This document shows, in pieces, positions 1 to 8,994 of a DNA stretch of 64,000 nt. The stretch is from the NCBI GenBank assembly GCA_903841185.1, contig CAIMIV010000003.1, positions 773 to 64,772 of the forward strand, given 5' to 3'. Source of the stretch: an uncultured bacterium. GTDB taxonomy: Bacteria; Patescibacteriota; Minisyncoccia; Moranbacterales; UBA2206. The notes beneath the pieces were generated by a model that worked only from the letters and a program-made list of their open reading frames with translations, was not told the DNA's origin and made no database searches. Both the position numbers and the translations under genes were made by a program. The first letter of the stretch is position 1. Each line of letters begins with the position of its first letter.

Positions 1-308
1 ATTATTAGGCTACTACACCACAGCAACTTACTGTGTAATGGAAAACTACAAAATGCCATACATATACCAAATGTAAATATCATTGCTACAATAATATTCT
101 TTTTCATTACTTCTCTCCTTATTAGTTTTTTAACGAACTTAATTATTATTGTCTAAGATTTTGATTCCCCATTGGTTTCTCATCTTGACTATGTAGTATA
201 TCAGGTTTCGGCAGATTATGTGGAAGTAGGTGACAAAAAGATGGTTAAAATTGACAAATTATGGCTTATCTGATATACTAAAAGTGTTGAAATCTAATCC
301 ACAACAAT

Positions 309-1073
309 ATGATAAAAGACCTCTTAACGCAGCTCGATTTCTCTGAAAAGGAAACCCAAATCTATCTGGCGCTTTTAGAGATGGGTTCGACCAAGCCGAG
401 CGTGTTAGCCAAAAAAACCGGCCTTAATCGCACGACCGTCTATGATATCTGCGATCTTTTGATGCAAAAAGGACTAGTGAGTAAATATAAAAAAGGTGCT
501 GGTACGTTTTTCAATGCGCTGGACCCGAAGCAGTTGCTGAATTATTTGGATCGCGAGAAAGAAGAAAAAGCCAAGGCGATTGAAAAGCAAAAAGACAAAG
601 TGGCGGAACTTTTGCCCCAGCTTGTCTCGATGCAAGATATCTACGGTGCCAACAAGCCCAAGGTACAATTCTTTGAAGGGGAAAAGGGGATGCGCGAAGC
701 CTACGAAGACACGCTGACGAGCAAAGGTACTATTTTAGCCTACGCTAACGTGGAAACCGTGCACGAAGGTTTGCCCAACTTTTTCCCGGAATATTATAAA
801 CGCCGAGCAAAAAATAAGATTTTTATTCGGGCTATCTTTCCCGTAAATGCTCTTTCTATCGAGCGTTCCAAGCTCAATCAGGAAGAAATGCGGGACACGC
901 GCTTTTTGCCGGAAGGCAAGATGACTTTTTCTCCGGAAGTGAATATCTATAACAACAAAATGCTGGTTGCTTCCTGGAAAGAAAAAATCGCCATCATTAT
1001 CGAATCGAAAGAACTGGCGGATTTGCAAAAAATGACTTTCAACTTGTTATGGGACACCTTGCCGAAAAATTAA
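309..1073 (+). CDS. TrmB-family HTH transcriptional regulator, paralog P1
   Basis: N-terminal motif 'SEKETQIYLALLEMGSTKPSVLAKKTGLNRTTVYDICDLLMQKGLV' matches the TrmB winged-helix pattern. The C-terminal 'IAIIIESKELADLQKMTFNLLWDTL' box is shared with 4 other paralogs in this window. Confidence 0.7.
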   Translation: MIKDLLTQLDFSEKETQIYLALLEMGSTKPSVLAKKTGLNRTTVYDICDLLMQKGLVSKYKKGAGTFFNALDPKQLLNYLDREKEEKAKAIEKQKDKVAELLPQLVSMQDIYGANKPKVQFFEGEKGMREAYEDTLTSKGTILAYANVETVHEGLPNFFPEYYKRRAKNKIFIRAIFPVNALSIERSKLNQEEMRDTRFLPEGKMTFSPEVNIYNNKMLVASWKEKIAIIIESKELADLQKMTFNLLWDTLPKN

Positions 1074-1232
1074 TTTTTTTTATGCTAATTTCGGGAGAGG
1101 TCCTTACCGAAAGCGTTTATCTTCGCGTTGTTAGTTTTATGAAAAATGCTATAATATGATTGCACAGATAGCGATTGCTTTATTGAAAATTGCTAGAGTA
1201 TTAAGAGGCAATGACCGTGTAAGATAAAAATA

Positions 1233-2111
1233 ATGAGCATTTTTTTACAATTGTTGATCAACGGGGTAATCGCCGGAGCGATATATGCGTTGGTATCTTC
1301 CGGTTTTTCTTTAATTTATTCAACAAATAAGTTTGTTCATTTCGCCCACGGTGGTGTTATTGCGCTGTCGGCCTATTTCTTTTTTTGGACACTTTCCAAC
1401 TCAAGCTTAACTCCAGTCGTTGTCATCGCATTAACAATGTTGTTTTCAGCTCTCCTCGGTTATTTGTTGAATAAAGTTTTTTACAAACCCCTTCGTGCAA
1501 AAAAGTCCAGCTCTTTGATTTTGTTTGTTACCAGCATGGCCATTTTAATTTTATCAGAAGCGTTAGTATTACTTATTTTCGGAGCAAACGCAAAAACAAT
1601 CAATCTGATAAAAAATAATCATGGAATGGAAATAGCTGGTGCGATTATTACGCCTTTGCAGCTAGCTATAATAGGAACAGCTGTCTTGTTATTTTTAGGA
1701 TTGTATTTGTTTATGAAAAAAACCAAGATTGGAAAGGCGATGCGCGCGGTAGCTGATAACAAGGAGGTGGCGGAAATTGTTGGCATCTCCTCAGAAAAGA
1801 TTTATAGCTGGTCATTCGCTATCGGTTCGGCAATCGCAGGAATTGCTGCAATATTAATCTCCCTCGAGCAAAATATTGAACCGACGATGGGGACAAGTCT
1901 CATGGTCAAGGGATTTATCAGCGCGATAATCGGCGGAGTCGGCAGTGTGCCAGGCGCAATTTTGGGTTCTTTTTCTCTTGGTTTAACAGAAAATTTTGGC
2001 ACTTGGTTTTTACCCTCGGGCTACAAAGATGCCATCGCGTTCCTCCTGCTCTTCGTTTTTCTGCTTTTCAGACCCCAAGGAATTTTAGGAATTAAAAACA
2101 AACAAAGATGA
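1233..2111 (+). CDS. livH: Branched-chain amino acid ABC transporter permease (LivH-like)
   Basis: Polytopic membrane protein of LivH length and pattern. Overlaps the next permease gene by 4 nt; an ATPase gene follows. Confidence 0.75.
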   Translation: MSIFLQLLINGVIAGAIYALVSSGFSLIYSTNKFVHFAHGGVIALSAYFFFWTLSNSSLTPVVVIALTMLFSALLGYLLNKVFYKPLRAKKSSSLILFVTSMAILILSEALVLLIFGANAKTINLIKNNHGMEIAGAIITPLQLAIIGTAVLLFLGLYLFMKKTKIGKAMRAVADNKEVAEIVGISSEKIYSWSFAIGSAIAGIAAILISLEQNIEPTMGTSLMVKGFISAIIGGVGSVPGAILGSFSLGLTENFGTWFLPSGYKDAIAFLLLFVFLLFRPQGILGIKNKQR

Positions 2112-2980
2112 TAGATGCATATCTCACACACCTCGCAATTTTAATTGGAATTTATTCGATTCTGGCCATATCCCTCCAGCTTTCTTTGGGCTATGGTGGA
2201 TTATTGAATTTGGGGCACTTTTCCTTTTTTGGCATCGGGGCCTATGCTTCAGCTCTGCTTTCTGTGGAAGGCGTTCCCTTTGTAATTTGTCTGTTGTTTG
2301 CCGGAATGGTCGCTGCTTTTTTCGGATGGCTGTTGTCAATTGCGACAAATAAACTAAAGGGTGATTATTCCGCGTTGGTGACACTTGGTTTTTCATTTGT
2401 TGTCTATGCTGTTCTGCTAAACTGGGTTGCGTTGACCAATGGGTCATTGGGGATAGCGGGCATTCCTAGGCCAAATTTTTTAGGAATAGATTTTTCGAAT
2501 AATCTATATTTTTTGCTATTGGTAGTTTTTATCGCCCTCCTTTCCTATCTTTTTATACGGAAAATTTGTAGTTCATCATTCGGCAGGGCGCTAGAATCGA
2601 CAAGAGACGATGAGCTGGCGGCAAAATTGTTGGGGAAAAATACCACCAAGCTCAAGCGGGCGTCTCTTTTGATCGCCGCTTTTTTTGCCGGCATTTCCGG
2701 CAGTCTGTTCGCCGCATATATTACCTTCATTGATCCCTCATCTTTTACTTTTACGAATTTGATTCCTATCCTATCGATTGTAATAGTCGGGGGATTGGCG
2801 AGTTTACCGGGTACGATTGTAGCAACCGTCGTGGTAGTGCTGTTGCCGGAGCCCTTTCGTTTTATTGGCTTCCCGACATCCATTCTCGGTCCGATAAGAC
2901 AAATTATGTATGCAACGATTTTGCTTTTAATAATTTATCTTAAACCCCGGGGTTTTTATGGGAAAATTGATTTAGAATAA
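2108..2980 (+). CDS. livM: Branched-chain amino acid ABC transporter permease (LivM-like)
   Basis: Second permease of the operon. ATGA overlap with livH. Hydrophobic LivM-like profile. Confidence 0.75.
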   Translation: MIDAYLTHLAILIGIYSILAISLQLSLGYGGLLNLGHFSFFGIGAYASALLSVEGVPFVICLLFAGMVAAFFGWLLSIATNKLKGDYSALVTLGFSFVVYAVLLNWVALTNGSLGIAGIPRPNFLGIDFSNNLYFLLLVVFIALLSYLFIRKICSSSFGRALESTRDDELAAKLLGKNTTKLKRASLLIAAFFAGISGSLFAAYITFIDPSSFTFTNLIPILSIVIVGGLASLPGTIVATVVVVLLPEPFRFIGFPTSILGPIRQIMYATILLLIIYLKPRGFYGKIDLE

Positions 2981-2982
2981 CT

Positions 2983-3714
2983 ATGTTAAAAATACAGAAC
3001 TTATCGAAAAAATTTGGCGGAGTGATGGCGGTTGATAACTGCTCTTTTGAAATTGAAACGGGCAAGATCACAGCATTGATTGGCCCCAATGGCTCGGGCA
3101 AAACAACACTTTTCAATCTTATCTCTGGAATTGAAAAACCAGAAAAGGGAACCATCTTTTTCAATGGAGGTGATATAACAAGATGTTCAATCGAGCAAGT
3201 TTCAAATTTTGGAATTTCGCGAGTTTTTCAACAATCAAAATTATTTAAAAATCTTACCGTCAGGGAAAACCTGCTTTTAGCCATCGATAACGAGGACACA
3301 AAATTTTGGAAAAGCCTATTGGGGTCAAATAAGATCACTGAAGGAAAAGAGACAAAACTAAAAGAAGTATTGAATGAATTAGGAATTTCAAAAATTAAAG
3401 ACAAGCTGACGAGCGATTTGAGTTTTGGGCAAAAAAGATTAGTCGAATTGGCAAGGGCGCTGCTGAATTCGCATCATCTTTTGCTGCTTGATGAGCCAGT
3501 TGCCGGCGTGAATCCAAAAATCAAAAAAGATGTCGCTAAACTGCTGTTGGATTTAAAGAAGGGAGGACAAACCATATTGTTGATTGAGCATGACATGTCG
3601 TTTACAGCCAGTATCGCAGATCGCATAGTAGTTATGGATTCCGGCGGGGTAATCGCCCACGGTTCGCCTAGTGAGATAAAAAACAACAAGCAGGTCCTGG
3701 CGGCCTACTTGTGA
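2983..3714 (+). CDS. livG: Branched-chain amino acid ABC transporter ATP-binding protein (LivG-like)
   Basis: Walker A 'GPNGSGKTT', signature 'LSFGQKRLVELARAL', Walker B 'LLLLDEP'. Confidence 0.8.
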   Translation: MLKIQNLSKKFGGVMAVDNCSFEIETGKITALIGPNGSGKTTLFNLISGIEKPEKGTIFFNGGDITRCSIEQVSNFGISRVFQQSKLFKNLTVRENLLLAIDNEDTKFWKSLLGSNKITEGKETKLKEVLNELGISKIKDKLTSDLSFGQKRLVELARALLNSHHLLLLDEPVAGVNPKIKKDVAKLLLDLKKGGQTILLIEHDMSFTASIADRIVVMDSGGVIAHGSPSEIKNNKQVLAAYL

Positions 3715-3726
3715 TTGCAAAGACGG

Positions 3727-4440
3727 TTATACCGCAATATCTCCGCCGAAATAGATATCTTTAATTTTTGTATTTTCCAAAATTTCCTTGCCGCCCTCCA
3801 GGGCAACTTCTCCGCTTTCTAAAACATACGTCCTGTCCGCTATCTCGATAGCCTGTTTCGCATTTTGTTCGACCATAAGAATAGCGATGCCTTCATTTCT
3901 GATTTCTTCAATCTTTGCAAAGATCTCTTTCATGGTCTTCGGGTCTAATCCCAGAGAGGGTTCGTCCATGAGCAGCAGCTGTGGATTTTGAATCAAGGCT
4001 CTTGCGATAGCTAGTAACTGCTGTTGCCCCCCGGACAGATTTCCCGCGAGCTCCCCCTGTTTGCTCTTGAGTATGGGGAATTTTTTAAAAACGTCGTTTA
4101 TATTTATTTCCGCCACTTTTTGGTCTGTAATTACAAAAGTGCCCATCTGCAGATTTTCCAAAACGGTCATGCTCGCAAAAACTTGCCGTCCTTGCGGAAC
4201 AAAGCTGATTCCGAGCTCAATTAACTCATGCGTCTTCAATTTGGTTATATCCTTGTCTTTGAAAAATATCTTACCCTCAAAAATATCAGCCAAACTGAAA
4301 ATACTCTTAAGGACTGTCGACTTGCCAGCCCCATTGGGTCCGATCAAGGCGACTATCTCGCCAGCGCCAACATTCAAATTGAGCTTGTGCAAAACCTCAA
4401 TGCCATTATAGCCAGCTTTTAAATTTTGTATTCTAATCAT
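3727..4440 (-). CDS. livF: Branched-chain amino acid ABC transporter ATP-binding protein (LivF-like)
   Basis: Walker A 'GPNGAGKST', 'LSGGQQQLLAIARAL', 'LLLMDEP'. The track start at 4497 is a TTG; the ATG at 4440 ('MIRIQNLKAGY') is the more likely start. Confidence 0.8.
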   Translation of the reverse strand: MIRIQNLKAGYNGIEVLHKLNLNVGAGEIVALIGPNGAGKSTVLKSIFSLADIFEGKIFFKDKDITKLKTHELIELGISFVPQGRQVFASMTVLENLQMGTFVITDQKVAEININDVFKKFPILKSKQGELAGNLSGGQQQLLAIARALIQNPQLLLMDEPSLGLDPKTMKEIFAKIEEIRNEGIAILMVEQNAKQAIEIADRTYVLESGEVALEGGKEILENTKIKDIYFGGDIAV

Positions 4441-4543
4441 ATATGCATATTTTACCACTAAAAAATTGAAGCGCCCATAGTAATATGGACGCTTCAATAA
4501 CGGAAAGGCCTAGGTTTGCTGTAGGGCTAACGATTAGTTAACG

Positions 4544-5695
4544 CTATTTTCCAGCATAGACTGGTGCCATTTTTTCCAGTTTGAATAATCTAATCAATAT
4601 TCCGTCTATGTTTCCGTCCTCTTTCATAGAGAGGTTTCCGGTTACGCCCTTATAATCTTTAACTTTTTGCAATAGATCAATTTTTTGGGCAATCCGTTTT
4701 TCTTTGGTTGTTCCGTTGACTTCAGGCAAAACTTTATTGATCAGTATATTTGCTGAATCGTAGGCCTGATCGCTTGCAACAAAGACATAGGGAGTGCGAC
4801 CAAATTTAGTTTTGAAATCCTGATAAAATTTGGTTGCTACCGGGTTTGTTTCAAGTGGGGCATAGAAAGAGAAATGAATCCCATTAATTGCGCCCTTGGA
4901 TGCTTCCTGGATTGACGGAGTTGTCGCAACAGTAGGAATGGTCAAGTATGGCTGATTCATATTTAAATCTTTTGCCTGCTTGATAGCAACTCCAATCTCA
5001 TCATATCCCAGGAACACAATCGCATCCTTATCTTTGAGCTTTAGCAAGGTTGTCTTAAAGTCATTTGTTTGTGCCGGATAACTTTCAACTTGAACGCTTG
5101 CGTTATTTCCCATTCTGGCTACAAATTCATCTGAAACGCTTTGCATAAAATTATCAACGGTGGAATGTACGATTCCGATATTTTTGTATCCTTTTTCTGT
5201 GGCATAGTCAGCTATAACATCAGCCAAATCTTTTGTTTCTTTGGCTATACAAAAGATATTATTACCAGTGTCGGCAAGGTCCTTGTCGCAATCAAGAGGA
5301 TCGATGATTAAGACATTGTCTTTTTTCGCTTTCTCAGCTACCGCCATAACTCCGCCGTAGGTAGACATGATAATTGTCTCAACTCCATCTACGTTTACTA
5401 GTTTCTCGTATGCGGTGACTGCTTTCGCTGTATCGTATTGATCATCTTCGGTTATCAATTTAATTGTTCTTCCATTTACTCCTCCCTTGGCGTTTGCTTG
5501 TTCAATAGCAATTTCCATTGAGCTAACTGCTTCCGTTCCCAGCACTGCCACGCCACCAGAAAGGGGTCCGATATAGCCGATCTTGATGGGCTCACTGGCT
5601 ACGGACTGTTGTTTGTTTTCTTGCGAAAACCATGCGAGACTTGCGATTAGAAGTAGGACTACTATTCCAATACCAACTTTCGTTGTTTTGTTCAT
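4544..5695 (-). CDS. livK: Branched-chain amino acid ABC transporter substrate-binding protein (LivJ/LivK family, PBP type 1)
   Basis: Signal/TM N-terminus, then 'IKIGYIGPLSGGVAVLGTE...ANAKGGVNGRTIKLITEDDQYD', typical of Leu/Ile/Val-binding proteins. Convergent with livG/livF. Confidence 0.75.
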   Translation of the reverse strand: MNKTTKVGIGIVVLLLIASLAWFSQENKQQSVASEPIKIGYIGPLSGGVAVLGTEAVSSMEIAIEQANAKGGVNGRTIKLITEDDQYDTAKAVTAYEKLVNVDGVETIIMSTYGGVMAVAEKAKKDNVLIIDPLDCDKDLADTGNNIFCIAKETKDLADVIADYATEKGYKNIGIVHSTVDNFMQSVSDEFVARMGNNASVQVESYPAQTNDFKTTLLKLKDKDAIVFLGYDEIGVAIKQAKDLNMNQPYLTIPTVATTPSIQEASKGAINGIHFSFYAPLETNPVATKFYQDFKTKFGRTPYVFVASDQAYDSANILINKVLPEVNGTTKEKRIAQKIDLLQKVKDYKGVTGNLSMKEDGNIDGILIRLFKLEKMAPVYAGK

Positions 5696-6009
5696 ACGAT
5701 TATTGCTTAAAAATTATTAACTACCAACATTATGCCGCATTGATGTTGCGGCTATTAATCTCCCAAGAACGGCTAAATTTGTGAGATGTTTTTCAAAGAA
5801 CTGGTGTCAGATGTTTTATCTCCGCTCTCATCTAGACTACGAATTATAGCACTTTTTTGGCAACTAGTCCATAGTTGACGACTAGAGCGGAATTATCGGC
5901 CAGTGGGCTATGTGATGTTTTGGCTTGTTACTTGCAATATTTGCTATGATATGCTACAATTTAGTTGTTGTCATAATTGGTGACAGTAACTAATAATAAC
6001 CGTAATTTT

Positions 6010-6750
6010 ATGCATATAGAAGAATTGATCAATGCTGGACTCAGTGAACATGAGGCCAAAGTCTATTTGGCGGCGCTGGAGTTGGGCGAAACCAGTGTTT
6101 ATCGCTTGGCCAAGAAATCTGGTGTCAAAAGGACTACCACCTATTTGGCGGTGGAATCTTTGAAGGGGAAAGGCTTGATCAGCGCTTTTCAGCGCAACAA
6201 CGTCACGCTTTGCTATGCGGAAAGCCCAAAGAAGTTGGCGGTGGCGCTGGAGGAAAAGAAAAAATCCCTAGACCGGATTATGCCGGAACTGTTGGCGTTT
6301 AATAATCTGATGGATAAAAAGCCTAAGATCAAATATTTTGAAGGGCGAGAGTCCTATAAAGAGGTTTTCGACGATGTCTTGAAATATCCTGGCACGGAAA
6401 TGCTGGCAACTTTCAATGAAAAGTTTTGGAATCGAGACAATTATTTTGTCGGCTATTTTATGCCGAAACGCAAAGAAAAGAAGATTTGGGCACGAGAACT
6501 GTTTCAGGATAGTCCGGAATTGCGAAATCTGAAAAACGAGGAACGGCTGCATTTTTTCCAAAGCAAGCTGGTGCCGGGAGATAAATTCAAAATTGAGATT
6601 GAAATGGTCATCTACGGGAACAACAAGGTAGGATTTGTTTCCTATGATGAAGAGATTGCGATTATTATTGAAAGTCAAAAAATCCATGATACGCAAAAAA
6701 GTTTTTTTGAAACGATCTGGAGCTTGTTGCCAGAGCACAAGAGTAAATAA
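6010..6750 (+). CDS. TrmB-family HTH transcriptional regulator, paralog P2
   Basis: 'LSEHEAKVYLAALELGETSVYRLAKKSGVKRTTTYLAVESLKGKGLI' plus the C-terminal 'IAIIIESQKIHDTQKSFFETIWSLL' box. The track start 5977 is a TTG; the ATG at 6010 is preferred. Confidence 0.7.
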   Translation: MHIEELINAGLSEHEAKVYLAALELGETSVYRLAKKSGVKRTTTYLAVESLKGKGLISAFQRNNVTLCYAESPKKLAVALEEKKKSLDRIMPELLAFNNLMDKKPKIKYFEGRESYKEVFDDVLKYPGTEMLATFNEKFWNRDNYFVGYFMPKRKEKKIWARELFQDSPELRNLKNEERLHFFQSKLVPGDKFKIEIEMVIYGNNKVGFVSYDEEIAIIIESQKIHDTQKSFFETIWSLLPEHKSK

Positions 6751-6771
6751 TCAAGTAACTGTTACTTAGAA

Positions 6772-7116
6772 ATGGATTATTTAAAATGGTTAAAAGAATT
6801 AGACAAAGAATCCGAGGGTAAGTATGTGGAAGCAGCTTGCCCGTATTTTGCGAATGGCAAATGCACAATTTATGCAGAAAGATTTGCTTGTTGCCGGAAT
6901 GTTCCGCAAAAAGAAGGGTATTGCTCTAAAAATAAAACTTGTCAGCTTGTAAAAGATGCTATTGAAAATAACACGCCCGCATCCAGCGAGGCTTGCGGTC
7001 AGTGCCGGAAAACGTGTTGCGAAAAGATCCTCGTGCCAGCGCAAGTGGAAATCACAAAAGAATTCATAGAAAAGTGGATGGACATCTCATGTTCCGATTG
7101 TCGGAAGTTTTTCTAA
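6772..7116 (+). CDS. Cys-rich YkgJ/UPF0153-like putative Fe/Zn-binding protein
   Basis: 'CPYFANGKCTIYAERFACCRNVP' resembles the 'CP..x..C.IY..RP..CR.FP' box of the YkgJ family. A second 'CGQCRKTCCEKI' CxxCxxxCC cluster follows. 14 Cys in 114 aa. Confidence 0.45.
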   Translation: MDYLKWLKELDKESEGKYVEAACPYFANGKCTIYAERFACCRNVPQKEGYCSKNKTCQLVKDAIENNTPASSEACGQCRKTCCEKILVPAQVEITKEFIEKWMDISCSDCRKFF

Positions 7117-7141
7117 ATAAAGTTGGTGGAAAAATAAAAAA

Positions 7142-7173
7142 AGCCAGGAACCGCGAGGGGTTACTGGCTTTTT
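7142..7173 (+). terminator. Terminator after the P2/Cys-rich gene pair (duplicated sequence family)
   Basis: AAAAAGCCAGGAACCGCGAGGGGTTACTGGCTTTTT. About 90% identical to the terminator at 8942..8976. Confidence 0.6.
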
Positions 7174-7180
7174 GAACATA

Positions 7181-7555
7181 CTACTCACTATTCTTTCCCT
7201 CTACATGAAAATTCCATCTTCCATATTTGCCACTACACACAATGGAATCTCCGTGCCAATTTTCTGCTGCCCCCCTCTCTACAATAATTGTTTCTTCCTG
7301 CTTGAATCTATTGATGTAGGTTTTTGTTACAACACACACTCCGTCTTTTTTATCATCTCCCATGTAATAAACGATGAATGTGACTCCAGTGCATGGCAGC
7401 ATGTGGTTAAATTCGTTAAATCGTTGCTTGTGCCAGTATAACTCACTTGAGGCTGCAAACCCGATTTCTGACATCATACCCTCTAAATGCCGTGCCTCTA
7501 TAAAACCGTTTCCGTAATACGAAGCATTACTTAAAACATATTGTTTTGTTTCCAT
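7181..7555 (-). CDS. Hypothetical protein
   Basis: 124-aa ORF with no recognisable motif. Lies between two TrmB cassettes. Confidence 0.35.
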   Translation of the reverse strand: METKQYVLSNASYYGNGFIEARHLEGMMSEIGFAASSELYWHKQRFNEFNHMLPCTGVTFIVYYMGDDKKDGVCVVTKTYINRFKQEETIIVERGAAENWHGDSIVCSGKYGRWNFHVEGKNSE

Positions 7556-7614
7556 GGCACTTCTCCTATTTAGGGTTTACCCATTGGTGGGTGATTGGTT
7601 TTTTGAATTAATGA

Positions 7615-7947
7615 TTAGAACATTGCTGTTGCCGTACCGTTAAAAATCACACATGAGGTTGTTGCTGATTTTGGATCCATCATGGCAATCCCTGCTGAGA
7701 TCATTATGCCATCGACAGTCCAATAATCTCCATTCCAGATCATCTCACATTTTTCGAAAAATTTATGATGGACTCTTTTCAATGTGATACCTCTTCTCAA
7801 TTCATCCTCATCCATGAAAACGGGGCAATCGTCTTCCACCCTCATTCTTGTCAGGAGGAAGCCTGTGGAAGTGTATAAATCCATGGGCGAGTTACTATCA
7901 TCCCCAATAACCATTGGGTCTTTACAACATGAGCATGTTAATAACAT
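7615..7947 (-). CDS. Hypothetical Cys-containing protein
   Basis: 110-aa ORF with 'CSCC' near the N-terminus and no recognisable family. Confidence 0.35.
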   Translation of the reverse strand: MLLTCSCCKDPMVIGDDSNSPMDLYTSTGFLLTRMRVEDDCPVFMDEDELRRGITLKRVHHKFFEKCEMIWNGDYWTVDGIMISAGIAMMDPKSATTSCVIFNGTATAMF

Positions 7948-8175
7948 AGCAGGTCTCCTTGGTATAGTTTGATATTGAGTTTTTAAAGATCTGGTGTCAT
8001 GAATCTTCTACTGAACTTATCATGACTACGTAGTATACACCAAAAACAACAAAAAGTCAACGATTGTAGCAAAATAAACAAATAACTATGTTTTGTGCGA
8101 CCTAATATTGACTGATATAAGGGAAATATGCTATAATAAAAATGTTGTCAAGAAATATAACAAAATGTTAAATAT

Positions 8176-8919
8176 ATGTTAAAAAAGGACTTAGAAGTCA
8201 TCGGATTGGACGATAGCGAGGCTAGCGCCTATTTGGCTTTGCTGGAATTGGACGAAGCCTCCATCGCGCAAATTGCCGCCAAAGCCAAACTAAAGCGACC
8301 GACCACCTACCTGATTGTGGAATCTCTGAAAGAAAAAGGTTTAGTGGGTATGGTCAAAAGAAAGAAAAAGACTTTGTTTCTGGCGGAAGACCCCAGAAAA
8401 ATTCTGGATATGCTGGAAGAACGCAAACAAAAGATGAATCGCATCATGCCGGAGCTGCTGTCGTTTGCCAATGTGTTGGATAAAAAACCAGGTATTCGTT
8501 ATTTCGAAGGTTGGGAAGGCATCAAGGATGTCTATCGTGACACCTTGAATTATCCCGAGCAAGAATTTCAGGCTTTTTTCTCGGAAGTTTTTTTGACGCG
8601 CTTTGACGAGAAGTTTTTTACCGAATTTTATTATGATCAGCGTCTGCAAAAAAGAATTTTCGTGCGGGCGATTTTGCCCGACAATGCCGACACACGCGAA
8701 TTGGTTACGCATGACCAAGCGCAACTGCGCAAATCAAAATTGGCACCAGTCGGCATGTTTCATATGAATATTGAAATCAACACCTACGGCAAAGACAAGG
8801 TGGGGATTATTTCTTTCGAAGAAGATTTCGCCCTAATCATCGAAAGTAAAAAAATTCACGACAGCCTCAAAAGTCTGTTCGAACTAACTTGGAGCTTGTT
8901 GCCGGAGAATAAAGGATAG
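8176..8919 (+). CDS. TrmB-family HTH transcriptional regulator, paralog P3
   Basis: 'DSEASAYLALLELDEASIAQIAAKAKLKRPTTYLIVESLKEKGLV' plus C-terminal 'FALIIESKKIHDSLKSLFELTWSLL'. Confidence 0.7.
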   Translation: MLKKDLEVIGLDDSEASAYLALLELDEASIAQIAAKAKLKRPTTYLIVESLKEKGLVGMVKRKKKTLFLAEDPRKILDMLEERKQKMNRIMPELLSFANVLDKKPGIRYFEGWEGIKDVYRDTLNYPEQEFQAFFSEVFLTRFDEKFFTEFYYDQRLQKRIFVRAILPDNADTRELVTHDQAQLRKSKLAPVGMFHMNIEINTYGKDKVGIISFEEDFALIIESKKIHDSLKSLFELTWSLLPENKG

Positions 8920-8941
8920 TCATTAACAATTGGAAAAATAA

Positions 8942-8976
8942 AAAAGCCATGAACCGCGAAGGGTTGCTGGTTTTTT
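8942..8976. terminator. Terminator after P3 (also serves convergent rarA)
   Basis: AAAAAGCCATGAACCGCGAAGGGTTGCTGGTTTTTT. A paralog of 7142..7173. Confidence 0.6.
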
Positions 8977-8994
8977 ATTGAATAATAAATGGTT

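Noticed and set aside
210-220. 10-nt identity GTTTCGGCAG between 210 and 20352
   Set aside because: A 10-mer match is expected by chance many times in 64 kb on two strands, and there is no extended similarity around it.
6268-6738. 156-aa antisense ORF inside TrmB paralog P2, and the many 60-130-aa antisense ORFs inside rpoB, rpoC, nrdA, infB, gpmI, livK and others
   Set aside because: Each is fully embedded antisense in a well-supported conserved gene, with no RBS/promoter context. These are typical AT-rich antisense ORF noise.
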